Shown here: positions 58,401 through 64,000 of the stretch, one piece after another
Numbering within the stretch: the stretch's first letter is position 1
Layout: the number at the start of each line of letters is the position of its first letter
NCBI GenBank assembly: GCA_021199255.1
Contig: JAJQIK010000043.1
Span: forward strand, 1,235 to 65,234
Length of the DNA: 64,000 nt
From: Clostridiales bacterium
GTDB lineage: Bacteria; Bacillota; Clostridia; Lachnospirales; Lachnospiraceae
Direction: 5' to 3'
The notes under the pieces: generated by a model
Database searches by the model: none
What the model was told of the DNA's origin: nothing
Seen by the model: the letters and a program-made list of their open reading frames with translations, nothing else
Made by a program: the position numbers and the translations under genes

Positions 58401-59549
58401 TTCTTCCTCATCAACACATGAAAGCTCTGTGGCGGAAGCGACTTCAATCGCCGGCGTCCCTGCATCATCGTACACATACAGCGTCACATTTCTCATCAAC
58501 GCCGTTATATCGTCGCTTCCCGTGTAAAGCACGGAATTTTTCACCGCATAGTCAGTATCATCACCGGAAATCAATGCGGCGTAGACCTCCTTGGCATCAT
58601 ATTCAGCCGAGCATTTATACAGCGCGCTGCTACTTTCTATCCCATCCGATGTGTAAGCGTATAACTCAAATCCACTACTCATACCCTCGTCGGAAAAAGC
58701 CACGTCAATGCTGTACCAACCCGCATACTCTGACGCAGTCATAGTATACGCATCGCCTTCGCTCCACAAATATGCACTGCATGCAGCTGCCTCTGTAGAG
58801 ATATTGTCACCCCAGTAATAAAATACAGGCTCCGCATCTGCACTATAATAATGCAGCGTTATCGTCACGTCCTCAAGCTCAAGCCCCTCAGCCGCCGCTT
58901 CCAGCGCCTCATACGCTTCGGTAATATCAGCCGCGCTGTTATCGTCAGTTTTGTCGCTATCTTCCAAAATTGTTTTAGCCCCACTCAATGCCGTTGACAT
59001 TGCCGACCATGAAGCCGATGTGTATTTTGACTCATCATAATCTTTATAAGTATCATACAAGGTCTGAAGCTGCTCTTTTGTATAATAGTCGGAAACTGCC
59101 TCAAGCACAATGTTATCTATATGAATCTGCTGTTCCGTACTATTGCTGTCGCTCAGCGTGCCCGAAACCTTAACTGTCACACTCGAATTATTGTCGCTTG
59201 TTATCTCAAAGCTGTCCGTTGTCAGCTTACTCCATGTTCCCCACGCCGATGAAGCCGAGCTTAAATCCATTGATGCAAGCGTGGTATCATCACCCGAAGT
59301 CACAGTCAGAGTAAAGCTGTCGGAGCTGTACTCACCGCCGACATACACTGACGCCTTATACTTACCCTTATCAACACTTTCCAGTGTCTGACTTGCGAAT
59401 ACTGATGTTTTAGAATTTGCCCACTTATATAAATAAGTTGTGCTATTACCGGTATTATATTCGCTTGTCGTATAGTCTAAATTTAATATCGTCCACGAAT
59501 CATCCTCCGAATCCTCAAAATCCCCGTTCGTCAACAGATTGCCGTCCAT
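52443..59549 (-). CDS. Giant multidomain GH53 endo-beta-1,4-galactanase (2368-aa ORF; signal peptide encoded separately upstream, see 59711-60040)
   Basis: - The GH53 core lies at about 55710-56861 (GMNWVRIRVWNDP, VQVGNETN, VMVAETSW).
- An N-terminal CBM-like jelly roll is present.
- A roughly 245-aa module is duplicated at 58134-58868 and 57111-57857.
- FIVAR-like helices and a Big_4-like domain are present.
- A second CBM (CBM61-like) is present.
- Eight C-terminal Ig-like repeats follow. Confidence 0.85.
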   Translation of the reverse strand: MDGNLLTNGDFEDSEDDSWTILNLDYTTSEYNTGNSTTYLYKWANSKTSVFASQTLESVDKGKYKASVYVGGEYSSDSFTLTVTSGDDTTLASMDLSSASSAWGTWSKLTTDSFEITSDNNSSVTVKVSGTLSDSNSTEQQIHIDNIVLEAVSDYYTKEQLQTLYDTYKDYDESKYTSASWSAMSTALSGAKTILEDSDKTDDNSAADITEAYEALEAAAEGLELEDVTITLHYYSADAEPVFYYWGDNISTEAAACSAYLWSEGDAYTMTASEYAGWYSIDVAFSDEGMSSGFELYAYTSDGIESSSALYKCSAEYDAKEVYAALISGDDTDYAVKNSVLYTGSDDITALMRNVTLYVYDDAGTPAIEVASATELSCVDEEEGTVTALTASYTEDWGNFYSMTAVEDEESWYCLTFSVPAGDEGDTVCQLYSENSTGWVTNFINGGTADDYNTDISPVFDGDVYYKDGTFYSSIELAEGITLAMLKELVISDDVMAITENGEDSYDTDLWSTFSSALEAANKLIDETYADVNDDDVKTTTGDDITDAYTALKEAVDAMVVSNAAITLYYYVGETDYEVGVYSWQKTITWGEAGEASWTPWSGTTFYLMNETAYSGWYSIDMEFGDTANTEEGFEIYTASVDENGDYVDGSSIWSCSQQWNYTEIYAALVSGDAEQYAVKDFIAYAGDDATAALRNVTMYVYDNTGTPAIMSEEEIKTLDASTGTAAALTADDTDEWGNQYYDMTADESASNWYYLTFSVPDAEDGGQVFQLYTDNDGSYTWQMNFINGGTADDWNVDITPVFSGYIYYKDGVLSDTISKLAQLQALIAEAESLVEADYTAATWETLEAALKSAKEVAENEASTDEEIEGAIEALTAAIEALKYATQASVNVEQIALSDDFITGADLSSYVALKESGVVFKDEDGNALTDQEFFNYLYDGGMNWVRIRVWNDPYDSNHNGYGGGNSDLDKAIVIGKYATNAGMRVLIDFHYSDFWSDPAKYDAPKAWAGYGLDEKAEAVYDFTLDSLNELKAAGVDVGMVQVGNETNSGICGETSTEGMNTIFKAGASAVRKFDSSCLVAVHFTDPQSGFSTYVNGVLADVDYDVFGASFYPYWHGTTSQLTTALTEVAKQGKYVMVAETSWATTWEDGDGHGNSAPKTSGQDLNYDISIQGQANEIRDVVNAVNAVNDSYAGKGLGVFYWEPAWLSAYYVYNADGSVDQNLYKQNQALWEEYGSGWASSYSYEYDPTDAGLWYGGSAVDNQAWFDFDGTALPTAKIYSLIRTGASASLDISEVQSIVETTVSVGESIDWDNISTVSVKYNDGTTGTAPVTWDQEQKDEITTDKTGEYTVSGVAVCTLEASDGTTQTKKYNVTLTVKVMPTGNVLTDPSFEGSDSNWSREDGRTEKNDGDTWKIASDENNARTGSNGVNFYQSGSNAFCAKVTQTLTGLTPGTYTFGGYIQGGSAAEKDVQYAVVTVKHEDGTSTNYKDGCSLGGWLNWQNPEIAGIEVVEGDTVTVGFEVSTTKVGAWGWIDDLYLYGSYQVEVADSQNGSITVSDLEPDNGEVVRVTVKADTGYTVGSVSVSGNSVAGAILSGSEGSASFASGSEEGGTSPTATVTYGDSVTFTTASFTMPAGNVTVSAEFVNVLESDTPIDISGASVEIEDQYYTGKAIKPGISVTYKGYTLTSKDYSVAYANNREVTDSAAVTITGKGKFTGQTTATFKIVEDTRIDLSKIKPSVELGGYDAAQNNYYYTGEEIEPEVKRITYRQTITETDADTGKAVKKEVEEELSSEYYTVAYQNNIKVGKKASVIIIGDGVNCKGSYTQTFTIAKRPITEEAGITISTPAGSTYTGKKITPYVAVKYGKVVLQKGTDYTVSYKNNTNAGTAYLTITGKGNYTGKSADISFTISRKSLSDFSIEVTAKDIIAPSRATAPTVTVKDGTKTVSSSQYTVSVSGNSVEGNKVREEGTYTVTVTANTANENCNYTGEAAATLRVVGKEYLLSNASVKTTNKVYTGSAIRLSAKTDEEDTEAKELTVTVGKGANAKTLIQGQDYTATYENNTKTGKATITIKGMGDYAGTKTATFKITQRTLLANWEGDELTEKQQETCAVISEKPEIESDSVYGTERYYTGYAITPDLEEIKVTNGSTSVVFKKGTDYTISYKNNVKAGAEAYAVITGKGNYKGKITVKNLFTVQDRTLDDLAIYVAPAVYTGKAVKPTIRFIDKNYGVEVDLKLNTAYSVSYKNNKKISGKATGEITQTTANPYVIIKEKGLNGAQGAVKQSKTISYAITTAAITSSCVQDITAQTYKNKAVTPSWSISVNGRKLKAGTDYVVTYTDNNKRGTATATITGIGNYSGTAVKKFIIK
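52446..54575 (-). repeat. Eight tandem coding repeats of about 65-85 aa (YTGKAI.P...GTDYTVSYKNN...ITGKGNYTG...F.I)
   Basis: I counted the repeats in the translated C-terminus of the 2368-aa ORF. Confidence 0.8.
57111..58868 (-). repeat. Two copies of a roughly 245-aa module of unknown function inside the galactanase
   Basis: Residues 228-472 align with residues 565-813. Shared blocks include ITL.YY, GWYSID, RNVT.YVYD..GTPAI, W.YLTFSVP, NFINGGTADD and YYKDG. Confidence 0.8.
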
Positions 59550-59710
59550 CGTGTCCTCGTCTGTCGTTTCTCCAGCTCCGGAAGTATCTCCCTCCTCTCC
59601 TGTACTCTGTACCGTTTTTAATACATTGGAGCCGGACGCCGTACCTCCGTTTTCCGTCTGATTGTCTTCCGCATCAGACTCCTCTGCCGTTTCGGAAGCT
59701 TCCTGCTGTT

Positions 59711-60040
59711 CTACCGTATCGCCAGCTTCCTGTTCCTCGGTGGAACCAGAATTACCCCCCCCGCAGCATTTTGGCCATCATCCGACCCCTCTTCACCTTC
59801 TGCCGCATTATTCTCATTTTCAGTGCTGCCAGCATTGTTCTCTGTTCCTTCATCATTCACGCCGCTGCTGTCATCCGTATCGGCGCTTTCTGACTGACCA
59901 GACGATTCCTCCGTCATTAACGCCGTTTCTACGGCGTCTGCCTGTATTGCCGTAACGGGCAGACCGGTCACCGTCAGGGCAGCCGCAAGCAATACGCCGC
60001 ATAACTGCCTGGTTAGTTTTGTTACGCTTCTTCTACTCAT
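59711..60040 (-). CDS. N-terminal signal-peptide plus acidic-linker fragment of the galactanase, out of frame with the main ORF
   Basis: MSRRSVTKLTRQLCGVLLAAALTVTGLPVTAIQADA is a Sec signal. The frame diverges at the G8 tract and stops at 59711. Confidence 0.75.
   Translation of the reverse strand: MSRRSVTKLTRQLCGVLLAAALTVTGLPVTAIQADAVETALMTEESSGQSESADTDDSSGVNDEGTENNAGSTENENNAAEGEEGSDDGQNAAGGVILVPPRNRKLAIR
59755..59762 (-). repeat. Homopolymeric G8 tract (C8 on the plus strand) at the frame junction of the galactanase gene
   Basis: The tract was read directly from the sequence. A G9 or G6 tract would fuse ORF 59711-60040 to ORF 52443-59549 without any intervening stop. Confidence 0.95.
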
Positions 60041-60168
60041 TTCTCTCCTCCATCAGCGCATATCATGCGCATTTCAAACCTGGCATAAGCCTTCCGGCCT
60101 GAAATAAAATCAATGTGATCGATGTATGTCCCCTATACAAACATTGACCAGTATCTTTTGCAACTGCC

Positions 60169-60235
60169 TGCGCAATGTTGCGCAATCGGTTGCGCTTTCT
60201 ATTTCTATTATATGCGACAAAAATTATGAACACAA
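60169..60235 (-). promoter_or_regulatory. Galactanase promoter (TTGTGT-17-TATAAT) followed by three phased TGCGCAAT/TGCGC boxes
   Basis: On the minus strand, the -35 box lies at 60235-60230 and the -10 box at 60212-60207. TGCGCAAT occurs at 60169 and 60179, and TGCGC at 60191. GCGCAA-CCGA-TTGCGC forms an inverted repeat, typical of LacI/GntR-type operators. Confidence 0.4.
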
Positions 60236-60352
60236 GCACTTTTCTATTGTTCTATTTAACAATCTTTCTCTGGGAATTTTATGGAAAACTGCCAAAAAGA
60301 AGACTTGCCAGGAGAATGCTTTTATCAGCTTTGAACACATACCTGCCATACG

Positions 60353-60383
60353 CAAAAAAAACAGCGGGGAAGCTCCCCGCTGT
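60353..60383 (-). terminator. Intrinsic terminator of the dnaK operon
   Basis: CAGCGGGGA-gcu-UCCCCGCUG is followed by U8. Confidence 0.85.
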
Positions 60384-60416
60384 CAGATTGTTATACTATG
60401 ATATTTGACAGGCTAT

Positions 60417-61592
60417 TTATTTCCAGAATTTCTTCTTGCCTTTTCCGCCGCCCGTCTGCTCGTCTGCATTGTTGGAAGACATATTCTGGGTCACATTCAG
60501 GGTATCGCCCGTCTGCTCGTCAAACTGCTTTAAGAGTTCCTTCGCTTCATGGGACAGCCTGTCGGGTACCTGTACCACCAGCGTTACATAATGGTCGCCC
60601 CTTACATCCTTATTGCGCAGAGAAGGAACGCCTTTTCCTTTCAAACGCACCTTCGTGTCCGTCTGGGTTCCCGCCTTTACCTCATAGATGACCCTGCCGT
60701 CTACCGTGTCGATTACGATATCGCCGCCCAGCGCAGCCACCGCAAAGGACATGGGCACCGTAGAATAGATATTTTCATCCTGTCTCTGGAAGATCGGATG
60801 TCTTCCCACTACGACTTCCACTAACAGGTCGCCTCTCGGCCCCCCGTTTGTCCCCGGTTCTCCTTTGTCACGGATACGCACGCACTGTCCGTTATCGATA
60901 CCGGCAGGAATGGATACCTGAATTTTCTTCTTATTGGCAATATATCCGGTTCCCCGGCAGTCCGGACATTTATCCTTAATCACTTTGCCGGTTCCATGGC
61001 AGTCCGGGCAAGTCTGTACATTTCTCACCGTGCCGAAGAAGGACTGCTGGGTAAAGACTACCTGCCCTTTACCTCCGCACTTACTACAGGTCTCAGGACT
61101 GGTGCCCGGCTTAGCGCCGGTTCCATGGCATGCCGTACACTCGTCCTTTAAGGTCAGTTCGATTTCCTTCTCCACGCCAAACACCGCTTCTTCAAAGGTA
61201 ATGCGGACGCTGGTACGGATATTGGCTCCCTTCATCGGGCCGTTGCTTCTGCCGCCGCGGCGCCCGCCTCCGAAGATATCGCCAAAAATATCGCCAAAAA
61301 TATCGCTAAAATCAGCGTTGTTAAAGTCAAAACCACCAAACCCTCCGGCTCCTCCGCTGCCGTCAAAGGCAGCATGACCATACTGGTCATACTGTCTTCT
61401 CTTCTCCGGATCGCTCAGAACCGCATAAGCCTCCGAGGCTTCTTTAAATTTCTTCTCCGCTTCCGCGTCGCCGGGATTCATATCAGGATGATATTTCTTA
61501 GCCAGAACTCTATATGCTTTTTTCAGTGCGGCATCATCGGCGTTTTTATCTACGCCTAATACCTCGTAATAATCTCTCTTCTGTTCTGCCAT
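60417..61592 (-). CDS. dnaJ: Molecular chaperone DnaJ
   Basis: The J domain with HPD, a G/F-rich region and four CxxCxGxG zinc motifs are present. Confidence 0.97.
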   Translation of the reverse strand: MAEQKRDYYEVLGVDKNADDAALKKAYRVLAKKYHPDMNPGDAEAEKKFKEASEAYAVLSDPEKRRQYDQYGHAAFDGSGGAGGFGGFDFNNADFSDIFGDIFGDIFGGGRRGGRSNGPMKGANIRTSVRITFEEAVFGVEKEIELTLKDECTACHGTGAKPGTSPETCSKCGGKGQVVFTQQSFFGTVRNVQTCPDCHGTGKVIKDKCPDCRGTGYIANKKKIQVSIPAGIDNGQCVRIRDKGEPGTNGGPRGDLLVEVVVGRHPIFQRQDENIYSTVPMSFAVAALGGDIVIDTVDGRVIYEVKAGTQTDTKVRLKGKGVPSLRNKDVRGDHYVTLVVQVPDRLSHEAKELLKQFDEQTGDTLNVTQNMSSNNADEQTGGGKGKKKFWK

Positions 61593-61605
61593 AATCGTAA
61601 CTTTC

Positions 61606-63480
<1,875 letters not shown>

Positions 63481-63507
63481 CTATAAAAATTATTAATATA
63501 CTTTGTT

Positions 63508-64000
63508 TTAACTTACAACCGCTACCATTGAATGTCTTACGACGCTGTCGCGGTAGGTATAACCCTTCTGAAGCTCCTGCGCGATCACACCGGATTCATA
63601 TTCCTCGCTCTCCACCTGCATCACCGCATTATGGAAATCGGGATTAAATTCCTCCCCCACCGCGGGAATCGGCTTTACTTCCATGTTTTCAAGCTCTGTC
63701 ATAAGCTGCTTATAGATCATTTCCATGCCCTGTGCAAAACCGCCGTCCTTTTCTTCCTCCGGCACGCTTGCCAGCCCTCTTTCGAAATTATCAACCACCG
63801 GAAGAATCTTCTCAATCACACTTCTTGCTCCGGTCTCAAACATCGCCGTTTTTTCTTTCTCCGTCCTCTTGCGGAAATTATCAAACTCAGCCATTTGACG
63901 CCTGACCCGGTCTTCCAGCTCTTCGATCTTCTCCTTAAGCGCGTCCTGCTTTTTATCCGCTTTCTCCTTTTTTTTCTTTTCCTTTTTGTCTTCTTTGGCG
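63508..64000 (-). CDS. grpE: Nucleotide exchange factor GrpE (N-terminus beyond the right edge)
   Basis: EFDNFRKRTEKE and the C-terminal beta domain are present. The frame stays open to the window end, through a Lys/Glu-rich N-region. Confidence 0.9.
   Translation of the reverse strand, partial: AKEDKKEKKKKEKADKKQDALKEKIEELEDRVRRQMAEFDNFRKRTEKEKTAMFETGARSVIEKILPVVDNFERGLASVPEEEKDGGFAQGMEMIYKQLMTELENMEVKPIPAVGEEFNPDFHNAVMQVESEEYESGVIAQELQKGYTYRDSVVRHSMVAVVS

Overview
This is a chromosomal fragment from a Clostridia-type Firmicute, judged from Lachnospiraceae-like gene order and protein signatures. About 60 genes are present, and most lie on the minus strand.

**Right two thirds (about 11.1-64 kb): mostly housekeeping.**
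- grpE-dnaK-dnaJ.
- prmA-vanZ-rsmE, then nifS/iscS-thiI, then mtaB.
- An ireB-ruvX-DUF1292-rnj-ylbF-mltG(N)-trmR-U32 block, which is syntenic with B. subtilis yrzL...yrrO.
- Type III glutamine synthetase and tRNA-Gln(CTG).
- A TM1266-hydE-hydG-hydF [FeFe]-hydrogenase maturase operon.
- Acyl-ACP thioesterase, CvfB and a CPBP protease.
- ftsE-ftsX-M23 peptidase-ctpA.

**Left 11 kb: an accessory, decaying mosaic with no integrase or transposase.**
- A CsoR-controlled heavy-metal P-type ATPase.
- Two AT-rich orphan genes.
- Sortase B next to a multiply disrupted cognate adhesin.
- A HEPN/MNT pair.
- An amber-disrupted AlbA_2/Schlafen-type ATPase regulator.
- A 67-codon uvrB relic, a RhuM-family gene and an XRE regulator.

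**Most interesting items.**
1. A six-gene, translationally coupled operon at 20.4-26.7 kb. It joins a nitrogenase-like reductase (a NifH-like ATPase plus two short NifD/K-like subunits) to a FecB/BtuF-type ABC importer. This looks like an uncharacterised group-IV nitrogenase-like system acting on an imported substrate.
2. A G8 homopolymer that uncouples the signal peptide from a roughly 2,370-aa GH53 galactanase. This is either a phase-variation switch or a frameshift.
3. Riboswitch-like leaders ending in terminators upstream of the hyd maturase operon and of glnN.
4. A 14-kb secreted-enzyme island wedged between dnaJ and prmA.

No CRISPR array, rRNA, prophage or IS element was seen.
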